Under the pieces are notes generated by a model, which was given only the letters and a program-made list of their open reading frames with translations, made no database searches and had not been told where the DNA came from. Position numbers and translations under genes: made by a program. Source: an uncultured virus (IMG/VR IMGVR_UViG_3300042898_003763) (Duplodnaviria; Heunggongvirae; Uroviricota; Caudoviricetes). Taken from it: a DNA stretch of 64,000 nucleotides. The stretch lies in IMG/VR virus record IMGVR_UViG_3300042898_003763; one strand, given 5' to 3'. This document shows, piece after piece, positions 30,265 to 39,274 of this stretch (within the stretch, counting starts at the first letter, position 1; the number at the start of each line of letters is the position of its first letter).

Positions 30265-31420
30265 TTCTTACCCTTTGAGCCGATAGTTGTTCTAATTCTG
30301 TAAAGGTTAAACTTACAGATATTTCTGCAGGAGCACCATCTTGGAACGTTACAAATTGTTCTCCGCCATAGTCTATGGCCAAATCAGTTAATGCGCATTT
30401 TGTAAATTTATGCAAATAATTATTTTCTTTATTTTTGAAATAATATTGTATATCAAATTCCGAAGGATATACATAGAACATTTTGTCGGGAGTTAATTCT
30501 GGATACATATGAGATTTAAACATATCTATTATTCGCTTCACTCGTTGGCTCTCATTCCAACTTTTTGGAAAAAATCTATATCTAAAGTTAAATGTTCTAT
30601 AATCTACAGATTCAAATAAAGTTTCTCTAAAAGGATTTGTTTTTGTTTTTGACGATAATTCTAACAAATTTGGAATAAATCCTTGTCCGCCTAAAGACGG
30701 GATTCTTGCGATTTCTGCTAACACTCTCGCTTTTGCTTCTGGCGCCATTGCCTGTAATCCGCCAGCTGTAGATTTTGCAACAGACCCTTGTATAAAGATT
30801 CCGCCTAAACCTAAAAATCCTGCCATATCAGATGTGGAATAATTGACACCATATTTTACGCTTGGTCGCTCTTCAACGTGCAATGTAATAACTTCCTTTA
30901 ATCTAGATGTTGAACCTGATCTAAACGCATAGAAATTTTCTTTTTGAATTTCGTTTGATATAATCTGTGCACCAGTGCCCGCAATTAATCCTTTTGCGGC
31001 GCCTTTTGGGACTTTACGTATTGCATCTAATATTCCGGAAGATCTACCCACGGAGGATAATAACACACCTGCGCCAGTAATAGCGCCTATGTTTTTCGCA
31101 ACGGTTGAAACTGCAGCTTCTGCGCCTTTTTGGGATAAGCGATTTTCCTCTGCTTGAAGAACTGCCAACCGCTTACCTTCTTCAGAATCTACCGATATAA
31201 AATACTCTTTATCTCGATTCTGTACCCCTTGGGTACTCTTATCTCTAACATTTATAAAAAATGCTACGTAATGCTGCAAATCTGGCATATTTCTAAGACC
31301 AATAGGATATTCTAATGTTCCTATTTCATATTGTTTTCCTAAGTTTTGATTAAGATATTCTTTATCTGAAGAGTTATCTGCAGATACGGCATCATTGCCA
31401 GATGATAGAGTTTGCGCCAT
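30254..31420 (-). CDS. gp48: Baseplate tail-tube cap gp48
   Basis: LEYP, NPFRETLFESVDYRTFNF.Y.F.PKS..ES, YPSEFDI, CALTD..IDY, LTFTELE. Confidence 0.88.
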   Translation of the reverse strand: MAQTLSSGNDAVSADNSSDKEYLNQNLGKQYEIGTLEYPIGLRNMPDLQHYVAFFINVRDKSTQGVQNRDKEYFISVDSEEGKRLAVLQAEENRLSQKGAEAAVSTVAKNIGAITGAGVLLSSVGRSSGILDAIRKVPKGAAKGLIAGTGAQIISNEIQKENFYAFRSGSTSRLKEVITLHVEERPSVKYGVNYSTSDMAGFLGLGGIFIQGSVAKSTAGGLQAMAPEAKARVLAEIARIPSLGGQGFIPNLLELSSKTKTNPFRETLFESVDYRTFNFRYRFFPKSWNESQRVKRIIDMFKSHMYPELTPDKMFYVYPSEFDIQYYFKNKENNYLHKFTKCALTDLAIDYGGEQFVTFQDGAPAEISVSLTFTELEQLSAQRVRNGY

Positions 31421-31428
31421 ATTTCTTT

Positions 31429-31436
31429 TATAAATA
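31429..31436 (+). promoter_or_regulatory. Late promoter TATAAATA driving the gp4 operon
   Basis: Exact consensus 26 nt upstream of the gp4 ATG. Confidence 0.8.
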
Positions 31437-31450
31437 TTGTTACAATTATA

Positions 31451-31458
31451 TATTTATA
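31451..31458 (-). promoter_or_regulatory. Late promoter TATAAATA driving the gp48 operon
   Basis: Exact consensus on the minus strand, 30 nt upstream of the gp48 ATG. Confidence 0.8.
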
Positions 31459-31462
31459 GCAA

Positions 31463-31918
31463 ATGATATACACCAAAACCTATAAAGGAAAGTTTAAACC
31501 GAAAAATCCCCAAAAATATAAGGGCGATTTCACGAATATCGTGTATAGGTCTTTATGGGAACTTCGATTTATGAAGTGGTGTGATATGACTCCTAGTGTC
31601 GAAGAATGGGGATCTGAGACAGTAATTGTTCCTTATGTGTCTCCTATCGATAAAAAGGTACATAGATATTTCGTAGATTTTTACATAAAAGTTAGAAACA
31701 AAAATGATGTTACGCAAAAATATCTAATAGAAATAAAACCTGAGAGATTTACTAAACCGCCAGCAATACCTCAAAAGAAAACGAAACGATTTATAGATGA
31801 AGTATTTCAATATGGGGTAAATGAGGCAAAGTGGAAAGCCGCATTTGAATTTTGTCAAGATAGAAACATGAAATTTATGATATTAACCGAAAAAGATTTA
31901 GGAATAATCAATGGCTGA
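31463..31918 (+). CDS. gp4: Head completion nuclease gp4
   Basis: YKGKFKPKNPQKYKGD, YRSLWE, WGSE, HRYFVDF, IEIKP, NEAKWKAA. Confidence 0.95.
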   Translation: MIYTKTYKGKFKPKNPQKYKGDFTNIVYRSLWELRFMKWCDMTPSVEEWGSETVIVPYVSPIDKKVHRYFVDFYIKVRNKNDVTQKYLIEIKPERFTKPPAIPQKKTKRFIDEVFQYGVNEAKWKAAFEFCQDRNMKFMILTEKDLGIING

Positions 31919-32483
31919 AAACGCATTTAAAACGGTAACCATCCGCGAAGGGGATGATGTAAAAGCACAGCAATGGTATAAAAATGAGGTTAATAAATTT
32001 ACTCGCAATGGGATGAGTACTAAATTGCCGACAAGTATAAAACCGGTAAATCGGGTACAACCAGGACAAATGTATCTTTTTATATACGATCCTAAATATA
32101 AAGAAAAACTTCCTTATTATGATGCAGCACCATTGGTATTGCCTTTTAGACTTTTGCCGGATGGATTTTTGGGTATTAATATACATTACTTGCCACATAT
32201 TGCAAGATTTAACCTTTTAGGCGAATTGAGTAAATTAGCAATCAATACTACAATAACTGATGATACGAGAATACGATTATCATGGCAAATATTAAATAGT
32301 TCTTCTAGATATCTAGGGGCAACTTCTTGTGTAAAACATTATCTAAGTTCACATATTAGAAGTAGTTTTTTGAGAATTGGATTTAATGATTGGAAAACAG
32401 CAGCTATGCTACCGGTTGAAAAATTTAAAAATGGTAGAAAACAGACTGCGTGGAAAGACGTCTCAAAAAAACACGGATTATAA
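31911..32483 (+). CDS. gp2: DNA end protector gp2
   Basis: GQMYLFIYDPKYKEKLPYYD..PL, GFLGINIHYLP, CVKHYL, LPVEKF. Confidence 0.93.
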   Translation: MAENAFKTVTIREGDDVKAQQWYKNEVNKFTRNGMSTKLPTSIKPVNRVQPGQMYLFIYDPKYKEKLPYYDAAPLVLPFRLLPDGFLGINIHYLPHIARFNLLGELSKLAINTTITDDTRIRLSWQILNSSSRYLGATSCVKHYLSSHIRSSFLRIGFNDWKTAAMLPVEKFKNGRKQTAWKDVSKKHGL

Positions 32484-32486
32484 AAA

Positions 32487-33266
32487 ATGTCATATTTTAA
32501 TATATCAAATTTTCAAACGCAAATTAGAACAAGGGGCGTAGCTAAACCTAATAGGTTTGAGGTTTTGATCCCATTACCTGTAGCGTTAACTGCAGTCTTA
32601 GATTATCCTCAGTTGGTAACTTTATTTTGCGAAAGTACAAGTTTACCTGTACGTAATATAAATGTGAAACAACAACGAATACAAGGACCAGCATATCAAA
32701 GACCAATGAATGTTGATTATGGTGGGGACAATATTAACATGACTTTCGTTGTAGATAGAGAAATGGACATCAAAGGATTCTTTGATGCATGGATGAATAT
32801 AATTATTAATCCTAATGAGTACTACGTCCATTATCAAAGTACATATGCAACATCTATTCGTATTTCTCAATTAGATGACTACAATAATGAAACATATGCT
32901 GTGATATTAGAAGACGCATTTCCCAGAAGTGTGTCTATGTTAGACTTAAATAATACTACACAAAACTCTTCACATAGATTAAATGTTAGTTTTGCGTATA
33001 GAAGATGGTGGCCTCAGCATCGGGCTATTAATAAAATTAACCTTCCTCCAAATTCAATAGAAAATCCAATTGTGGCAGCATCAAAACCAGTGAACCCAGA
33101 AACCCAATTATTTTCAGTACCTTCGCCGGATTACGAAGTTAGATCGCGATTTTCTTCGGGGCGAGATTACGTTGAAGGCACCGTTGGTCCAGATACATAT
33201 TGGGTAAAGGGTCAACAAGTATCTGAACAAGAATACAAAATATTTCAATCTGCACCAATCGAATAA
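32487..33266 (+). CDS. Tail-tube-fold baseplate protein (gp54/gp19-like)
   Basis: GVAKPNRFEV, CESTSLP, FFDAWM, ISQLD, LEDAFP, VSFAYRRW. Confidence 0.8.
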   Translation: MSYFNISNFQTQIRTRGVAKPNRFEVLIPLPVALTAVLDYPQLVTLFCESTSLPVRNINVKQQRIQGPAYQRPMNVDYGGDNINMTFVVDREMDIKGFFDAWMNIIINPNEYYVHYQSTYATSIRISQLDDYNNETYAVILEDAFPRSVSMLDLNNTTQNSSHRLNVSFAYRRWWPQHRAINKINLPPNSIENPIVAASKPVNPETQLFSVPSPDYEVRSRFSSGRDYVEGTVGPDTYWVKGQQVSEQEYKIFQSAPIE

Positions 33267-33303
33267 TTAACTGACTTTATAATAACATTTTTGAGGATAA
33301 CAT

Positions 33304-33996
33304 ATGGCATTGCCTAAATTAGAAACACCTAGCTATGAATTGATATTACCGTCAACAGGTGAAAAAATTAGATATCGTCCTTTTTTAGTAAAGGAATATA
33401 AAATTTTATTGACTTCGTTAGATTCTGATACTGAAGAAATTCAAAGAGTAATAACAGATCTCGTTGATGTTTGCACATACAATAAATTAAAGATTAAAGA
33501 GATTCCTAGTTTTGATATAGAATATATATTTTTAAACCTACGAGCAAAGTCAATTGGAGAAAAAACAAATTTAACTTTAGAATGTACTAATTGTAACGCA
33601 AAAATACAATTTGAATTAGATTTAACCAAAGCCGAAGTTAAAAAGAATCCGGACCATTCAACTAAACTTTTTATTACTGATAAAATTGGTTTAGAAATGC
33701 GATATCCTAGATTTGATGAATTGATGAATATCTATAAAGATTTTAAATCGGATAATGTTGTAGAATTACTATGTATGTGTATAAAATCTGTATTTACTGA
33801 AGAAGAAAATTATGATAATTATACTAAAGAAGAAATGGTAGAATTTGTAAATTCCTTTTCTAAAGCTCAATTTGATATTTTGGAACAATTCTTTTTAACT
33901 ATGCCAAAAGTAGTACAGCATATTGAACATGATTGCCCAGAATGCGGAGCTAAAAATGAAACGGATTTGGAGGGTTTGCAAAATTTTTTCGCCTAA
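33304..33996 (+). CDS. gp26: Baseplate hub assembly chaperone gp26
   Basis: MALPK..P.Y.L.LPSTG..YRPFLVKE.K.LL, FDIEYIFL.LRAKSIGE, two CxxC pairs, LEGLQNFF end. Confidence 0.92.
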   Translation: MALPKLETPSYELILPSTGEKIRYRPFLVKEYKILLTSLDSDTEEIQRVITDLVDVCTYNKLKIKEIPSFDIEYIFLNLRAKSIGEKTNLTLECTNCNAKIQFELDLTKAEVKKNPDHSTKLFITDKIGLEMRYPRFDELMNIYKDFKSDNVVELLCMCIKSVFTEEENYDNYTKEEMVEFVNSFSKAQFDILEQFFLTMPKVVQHIEHDCPECGAKNETDLEGLQNFFA

Positions 33997-34184
33997 CTCT
34001 TTCCCATGAAGGTCTTTTAAATTATTATCAGCTGAATTTTTCACTTATGCAGCATCACAAATATTCGCTGTCTGAAATAGAAGATATGATACCATGGGAA
34101 AGAGAAATTTATACTACATTATTAATTCGATACATTGATGAACAGAATGATAAACTAAAACAAAAAGCAATAAAGGATTCATAA
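33990..34184 (+). CDS. gp51: gp51-like ORF missing from the track, in the -1 frame of gp26 (first ATG only at 34047)
   Basis: Translates RLTLSHEGLLNYYQLNFSLMQHHKYSLSEIEDMIPWEREIY...KDS*; MQHHKYSL.E.E.MIPWERE.Y is the gp51 signature. Confidence 0.85.
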   Translation, partial: RLTLSHEGLLNYYQLNFSLMQHHKYSLSEIEDMIPWEREIYTTLLIRYIDEQNDKLKQKAIKDS

Positions 34185-34185
34185 A

Positions 34186-35784
34186 ATGGCTTTGCCAACC
34201 AATCAATTAACTTCTGTAGATAAAGAATTATTATCTGCTGCTAAATCTCAAACTTCTTTGTTGAATAAACAAGGTTCGGTATTAAAAGGATTGTCCGAAT
34301 CAATATTAAAACAACGGAAAGAATTGGATGAGTTGAAACGATCATCAACTAATCAAAGACAAATCCTAGGTGGAAATGGGGGAATGTCATCATTAGCTAA
34401 AATGTTTGGTGCAAAGGGTGCAGGTTTAAAAGGTTCTCCACTTGGACCCAAAGATGAAACCAACACAGGGTTCTTTAAAAAAATAGTTAACCAAATTACA
34501 GGCCCATCCAAATACCAGCAACAACTAATTAATGAAGTAGTAGTATTAAAAGAAATTACGCAGCGTCAGGCTCAGGATATTGCCTTCATTAAAAATCAAT
34601 CTGAAGAAGGTGCAAAATCTCGGGAAAGATCTTTATTAGCATCAGCAATTGCAAAAGCAATGGGTGAAACAGAAAGACCATCCGACTCCCCAGACGGCAC
34701 AGGTGGTGTTCTTTCAGGAGCAGCTAAAGGGATTGGAGGGGTATTAAAAACACTAATTGTAGGATTCGGAGCAGCGTTGACAGGCGCCGCGATGTTAATT
34801 ACTAAATTTGGAAAAAGTTTACCTGGTTTATTTATAGGTGCTCTGCGTTTTGCGTTAACACCCGTAGGTATTGCTGCAATAATTGCTGCGTTAATAGGCG
34901 TAAAGGCATATAAAGAACTACAAGGAAAATCGGAAGGAGCTGAGCTTGATGCAGACGGTGAACCTATAAAACAATCTGTAGGAGATGAATCCTTTGTAAA
35001 TAAATTAAAGAGGGTATTTATTGATGGCGAATTGGCATCTGACGTATTCGATAAAAAGAATAAAGAAGGTAGCGAAAAAGCTCAAATAATGCAGAAGCGG
35101 AACTCGAGAACCTTTAAAGGAATGGTCCAAGCATCTCCTAGACCAGCAGATCCTGCTGCAGCTGCAGTGTGGGATAAACAGTTTGGCGGAAAATATGATC
35201 CTTTAACCGGCAACCCGCTTCCAGAATTTGAGCAAGAAATTGTTAATCGAACTAGGGGACCAATATACGTACCAAATAAAGGTTGGAGAGTTGGCGGGGC
35301 ACAAGAAGGACCTGATCCTACAGATAAAGATGTAATGGATACGTTAGATGATACTTTAGATACTACTACAGATTATTTTAAAGATTTCAACGAAGGATTA
35401 AAGAAAGCACTCGAAGGATTGGATACAATCGGTGATAATATAATTGGTATAGCAAAAGACACGTTAAATCCTTCGAAAATTGAGGACATGTTGAATAATT
35501 TATTAACTATTAGTTTTGGCGAACAACCCACGGATACTATAAATTTAGCACCATACTTAGGTACGGCGGTAGTACAAACACTTAAAGATATAACGGAAGA
35601 AGCGGGTAAGCTAACTGATTATGTAAGTGACAAGGCTGCGGCAGCAACAAATATTGTAACTAATAATACTGTTATGGGTACGGGGAATAATCAAGGATCA
35701 ACATCTGCTGTTATACCAGGCAGTGCTAAAAGAAATGTTAGAGACTCCTGGGGAATATGGACTGATGGATTAGGTAAACGATAG
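34186..35784 (+). CDS. Probable tape measure protein (gp29-like position)
   Basis: Helical, Ala/Gly-rich, with a central hydrophobic stretch; follows gp26/gp51; 532 aa. Confidence 0.65.
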   Translation: MALPTNQLTSVDKELLSAAKSQTSLLNKQGSVLKGLSESILKQRKELDELKRSSTNQRQILGGNGGMSSLAKMFGAKGAGLKGSPLGPKDETNTGFFKKIVNQITGPSKYQQQLINEVVVLKEITQRQAQDIAFIKNQSEEGAKSRERSLLASAIAKAMGETERPSDSPDGTGGVLSGAAKGIGGVLKTLIVGFGAALTGAAMLITKFGKSLPGLFIGALRFALTPVGIAAIIAALIGVKAYKELQGKSEGAELDADGEPIKQSVGDESFVNKLKRVFIDGELASDVFDKKNKEGSEKAQIMQKRNSRTFKGMVQASPRPADPAAAAVWDKQFGGKYDPLTGNPLPEFEQEIVNRTRGPIYVPNKGWRVGGAQEGPDPTDKDVMDTLDDTLDTTTDYFKDFNEGLKKALEGLDTIGDNIIGIAKDTLNPSKIEDMLNNLLTISFGEQPTDTINLAPYLGTAVVQTLKDITEEAGKLTDYVSDKAAAATNIVTNNTVMGTGNNQGSTSAVIPGSAKRNVRDSWGIWTDGLGKR

Positions 35785-35791
35785 CCAAAAT

Positions 35792-35815
35792 AAAAGCCCC
35801 TTTCGGGGCTTTTTT
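35792..35815. terminator. Bidirectional rho-independent terminator
   Basis: AAAAGCCCC-TTTC-GGGGCTTTTTT between convergent genes. Confidence 0.9.
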
Positions 35816-36746
35816 AATCTTCAGCTAATTTTGCAAAATATGATAATGATTCATCGTCATTATCAAAGTCTACTTCCTTTGCTGGAGCTTTTTCTACTTT
35901 TCTTTCCATTGTGGGTGGAGGAGAAGCTGTAGATTCAGATACAGGATAGTTATCGAGGAATGTGTCTTCCGCATTTTTTGCAGCAGATAGTCCTCCGGTC
36001 AACCCCATCACCATATTGAATTTTTTCTTTAGATCGTCATATGATTTAAAATGCTTTTCATCTAAGAATTGCAACAACGAATGTTGCCCATCCCAGATAG
36101 CTTCAATTTTACTATCATCTTCTGAAATTGCACTTGGGCCATCGAATTCCGATTTATCATAATTTCGATAACCTTCCACATTACGAATCTTAAGTTTAAA
36201 GTTCGCGCCTTCCCAGAAATCAAAAGGATTAATAGGTTTCTCATCTTCAAATTGTGGTTCGGCGATGTCTTTAATTTTATCAAAGATCTTCTTACCAAAT
36301 TTGTAAAGAAATACCTTACCTTCATTCTCAGGATGTGCTGGATCTTTAACTACAAGAACATTTGTAATATAAGATAGTTTGCGTTTTTGCTTACGAGCAA
36401 TTTCCTTATTTGCTTCTGTCCCCGAATTCCAAAGTTCAGTGTTATGTTCTGAAATTGGATCAGCCTTACCCAAAGTGGTCAAAGAATTTTCAATATACCA
36501 TTTGCCGGTCGGTCCTTGGAATCCATGATTCCAAATACGAACCCAGGGTAGTTCTTCACCTTTTGGCGGGGATAGGAACCGAATAACAGCGTAGCCATTG
36601 CCAGCTTTGTCTACCTCTGGTTGCCAGAAGCGTTCGTCTGCACCACGTGATTCGGTTTGAGGATTTGCGATTTTTTCGACTTCCTTCATTAGGGTATCGA
36701 AGCCACCTCGACTTTTGCGTAAGTCGGATAAAGATTTAAATGCCAT
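35814..36746 (-). CDS. gp32: Single-stranded DNA-binding protein
   Basis: DERFW, DKAGNGYAVIRFL, HGFQGPTGKWYIENSLTT, GKKIFDKI, GANFKLKI, NYDKSEF; acidic tail ending YFAKLAED. Confidence 0.97.
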   Translation of the reverse strand: MAFKSLSDLRKSRGGFDTLMKEVEKIANPQTESRGADERFWQPEVDKAGNGYAVIRFLSPPKGEELPWVRIWNHGFQGPTGKWYIENSLTTLGKADPISEHNTELWNSGTEANKEIARKQKRKLSYITNVLVVKDPAHPENEGKVFLYKFGKKIFDKIKDIAEPQFEDEKPINPFDFWEGANFKLKIRNVEGYRNYDKSEFDGPSAISEDDSKIEAIWDGQHSLLQFLDEKHFKSYDDLKKKFNMVMGLTGGLSAAKNAEDTFLDNYPVSESTASPPPTMERKVEKAPAKEVDFDNDDESLSYFAKLAED

Positions 36747-36782
36747 TGTACTTCCTTTCGTATTAACGGTGTATGTTTTGTA

Positions 36783-36977
36783 TTAGCGACGTTTAGTTTT
36801 TGCATCTATCACATAAGCATAATCTAATTCGTCATCGTCCTCGTAATCATTTTGCATTACTTTAGCCGATGCTATATTATATATAAGTTTTCTGTGCTTG
36901 TCAAGGACATTTTTGTCCTTAATTTTTTTAATTTTTTTCTCTCGGTCGAAATCATTGTTTCGTTTTTTACTTGCCAT
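36783..36977 (-). CDS. Small charged hypothetical protein
   Basis: AGGAG upstream; fills the gap before gp32. Confidence 0.65.
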   Translation of the reverse strand: MASKKRNNDFDREKKIKKIKDKNVLDKHRKLIYNIASAKVMQNDYEDDDELDYAYVIDAKTKRR

Positions 36978-36998
36978 CTTAAAAATACTCTCCTAGTA

Positions 36999-37241
36999 TT
37001 AGTAATTAGAATCCTCGTCCCCATCATTACCTGTTGAGGATACTACAATATAAGGCCAAGATGCAACCCTCTTTGTAATTTCAGATTGATTGTATGCCAT
37101 TTTCATTAGATACCTTTGAGTATCTTTTAATGATTCGATACAAGTAGTAAGTAGTTCTTTTGTTAAATTAAGTTCTATTTCCAAATCTTGTATTTTTTTG
37201 GATCTAAGATTAAGTTCCAACTCGTTCTCTGAATATTGCAT
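36999..37241 (-). CDS. Small coiled-coil hypothetical protein
   Basis: Operon packing; heptad pattern. Confidence 0.65.
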   Translation of the reverse strand: MQYSENELELNLRSKKIQDLEIELNLTKELLTTCIESLKDTQRYLMKMAYNQSEITKRVASWPYIVVSSTGNDGDEDSNY

Positions 37242-37815
37242 GATATCGGTCTTTATCTATTCGTAAAAATGGTTTATATTTTTTGACTAATCTTGATACA
37301 TCTGGCCAAAGAATGTCCGCAGAAAGCTTATCGTCGAAGGTTTCGATATATGGAAACACTTTATCTAAAATAACTAAAGTTTCAATAGATATGGATTTTC
37401 TCAGATATGCTTTCAATATATATGGATGTTGTGCTTTTGTAATCATAAAAGCATCTTCAATTTTATTCCCACCTACTTCTAATTCATGTATAATTGCATC
37501 AAGTTCTTTGGTAAAATTATAGGTTAGGCTCTCCATCTTACCTTTCCATTCTACGTATGTTTTTCCTGCTTCAGAATCAAACATACCGCCCCAACGATCA
37601 CCTGATACAAAATTTGAAACTAAGAAATTTGCAACTTCTTCATCTGTATAAGTTTTGGAAATTTTTCTAATAGAGAAAAGATCTTTTCTTTTTGCGAACG
37701 CCTGTCTGCTAGCTTTAACTTTTCCATTTCTCTTAGTTATGTCATAATTATCTGTAGTGAAGTGCAACTTCAATGCTATATACATTTTATATACTGCGAA
37801 TTCATCCATAATCAA
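37210..37815 (-). CDS. gp59: Helicase loader gp59
   Basis: YKMYIALKLHFT..YD, F.KRKD, HP.IL..YL..ISIETLVILD, KYKPFL. Confidence 0.92.
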   Translation of the reverse strand: MIMDEFAVYKMYIALKLHFTTDNYDITKRNGKVKASRQAFAKRKDLFSIRKISKTYTDEEVANFLVSNFVSGDRWGGMFDSEAGKTYVEWKGKMESLTYNFTKELDAIIHELEVGGNKIEDAFMITKAQHPYILKAYLRKSISIETLVILDKVFPYIETFDDKLSADILWPDVSRLVKKYKPFLRIDKDRYHAIFRERVGT

Positions 37816-38078
37816 AGTGGTAATTTCCCTCTACGTTTTAAATAATTCTGTTCCTCTGCTTCATTTTGTACTTTATCTTTAAGCGACTGATATATCAATT
37901 TTGATATAGATTCAATTTCAATATCTACTTCTTCGCAGTATTGTATAATCGCATCCATATATCCAATTTTTTCTCTAATTACACGCTCTTCAATATGCAG
38001 GGAAAATTCATTAGGTGATCTAAATTTTTTGGTTATAATTAAACTATCTGTTAAAATGTATTCTATTTCGTTATCCAT
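37812..38078 (-). CDS. gp33: Late transcription co-activator gp33
   Basis: FSLHIE..V..YMDAIIQYCEE..IE.E.I.KLI...LK.K...EA...NYL; upstream of gp59. Confidence 0.9.
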   Translation of the reverse strand: MDNEIEYILTDSLIITKKFRSPNEFSLHIEERVIREKIGYMDAIIQYCEEVDIEIESISKLIYQSLKDKVQNEAEEQNYLKRRGKLPL

Positions 38079-38748
38079 GTGTTTCCGGGAATAATACTTC
38101 GTCCATAAAATTTGTAAAAACTTGTTTGTCTACTCCAAAATTTACCATCATTGCTGGGGTATGAGGATTCAACTTTTGATTTTTGCAATATCGATTTTGC
38201 ATAGATATAAAATCTGCATCTTTTACACTATTACCTATATTATAAAGGTAATAATCCAAGTTGTCAATAAAAGTATTTACTAGTTGATCATATTCTTCTT
38301 GAGTATGAATATTACCTGCAGCTAACATTTTTGGACTAAAAATCTTCTGTGCCCATTCCGGAAGTTCTCTTGGCTTACTCCATTGTACTCCACTCATTCT
38401 ATTTTGATACCACTCATACAAATCTGATTTTCCTACTTTAGAAAAATCATGAAATGCACCTGTTATTTTATTCTGGCCGCACACTATATCAAATCCAAAG
38501 ATTGGATCTGGAGAATCATAATGGGGAAAAATACACATATGCATGACCCACATTTTTTTAGTTGCAGTAGCGTCTACTATCTCAATATGGGCTCGTCTAA
38601 ATTTATCAGATGTCCAAATATAATTCTTCCATGAAAAATTATCAACATGTATTTCATATTCTGGTTTAAGTGTTTCTGCGGAATATTGTTTAAATTTATC
38701 AATAACTAATTGTGATAATAAATTTACTTGCGGCCAAATTTCAATCAT
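38071..38748 (-). CDS. Ferredoxin-dependent bilin reductase (PcyA/PcyX-like)
   Basis: FRRAHIE, H..IFP..P.FGFD.V, GAFHDFS, PRELPEWA..IFS, QNRYC..QK.NPHT, LFP; start re-called at MIEIW. Confidence 0.88.
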   Translation of the reverse strand: MIEIWPQVNLLSQLVIDKFKQYSAETLKPEYEIHVDNFSWKNYIWTSDKFRRAHIEIVDATATKKMWVMHMCIFPHYDSPDPIFGFDIVCGQNKITGAFHDFSKVGKSDLYEWYQNRMSGVQWSKPRELPEWAQKIFSPKMLAAGNIHTQEEYDQLVNTFIDNLDYYLYNIGNSVKDADFISMQNRYCKNQKLNPHTPAMMVNFGVDKQVFTNFMDEVLFPETHG

Positions 38749-39274
38749 TAAAGTCCTTAAGCATAGCAATATTAAAGTCAAATGCTAAATTTGCTTCACT
38801 TGCTAATGAAATATCTAATTTACTTCTCATCTTAGCTGCAAGCCCAGGAATATCATCAAACTTAAACATATTATTAGGACCAGGGAGCAACTTAGCTAAT
38901 GCCTGTCCTCCAAATAAATCTCCCATATGACGAACATAAATGTGAGCAAGTAATTTATCTTTATCTAACTTAATAGACTCAATATATTCTAAATATTGAG
39001 CGGTAGAATTTTTCATCAAAAATATTTGCATATTAGTATTTGCCAATTCAGCAAAATCCAATTCTATAGCTTTTGCTCGTTTAATATCCTCTATTCCTTC
39101 GAAGATACCTAACCCATCTGCCAAATATTCTAAGCGCAAATATATTAATCTAAGTTGATATAGATAATCTGTATATTTTTTAACATCTACCGTTTTACTA
39201 AAAATGGATTTAATAAATGGTTGTGTCTCAGCTTCTTTATGTTTTTCTAAAGTTAATTCTTTTAATGTAGACAT
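38741..39274 (-). CDS. Heme oxygenase
   Basis: LKELT..KH..AE (proximal His), LAHIYVRHMGDLFGGQ distal helix, EAN.AF. Confidence 0.93.
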   Translation of the reverse strand: MSTLKELTLEKHKEAETQPFIKSIFSKTVDVKKYTDYLYQLRLIYLRLEYLADGLGIFEGIEDIKRAKAIELDFAELANTNMQIFLMKNSTAQYLEYIESIKLDKDKLLAHIYVRHMGDLFGGQALAKLLPGPNNMFKFDDIPGLAAKMRSKLDISLASEANLAFDFNIAMLKDFND

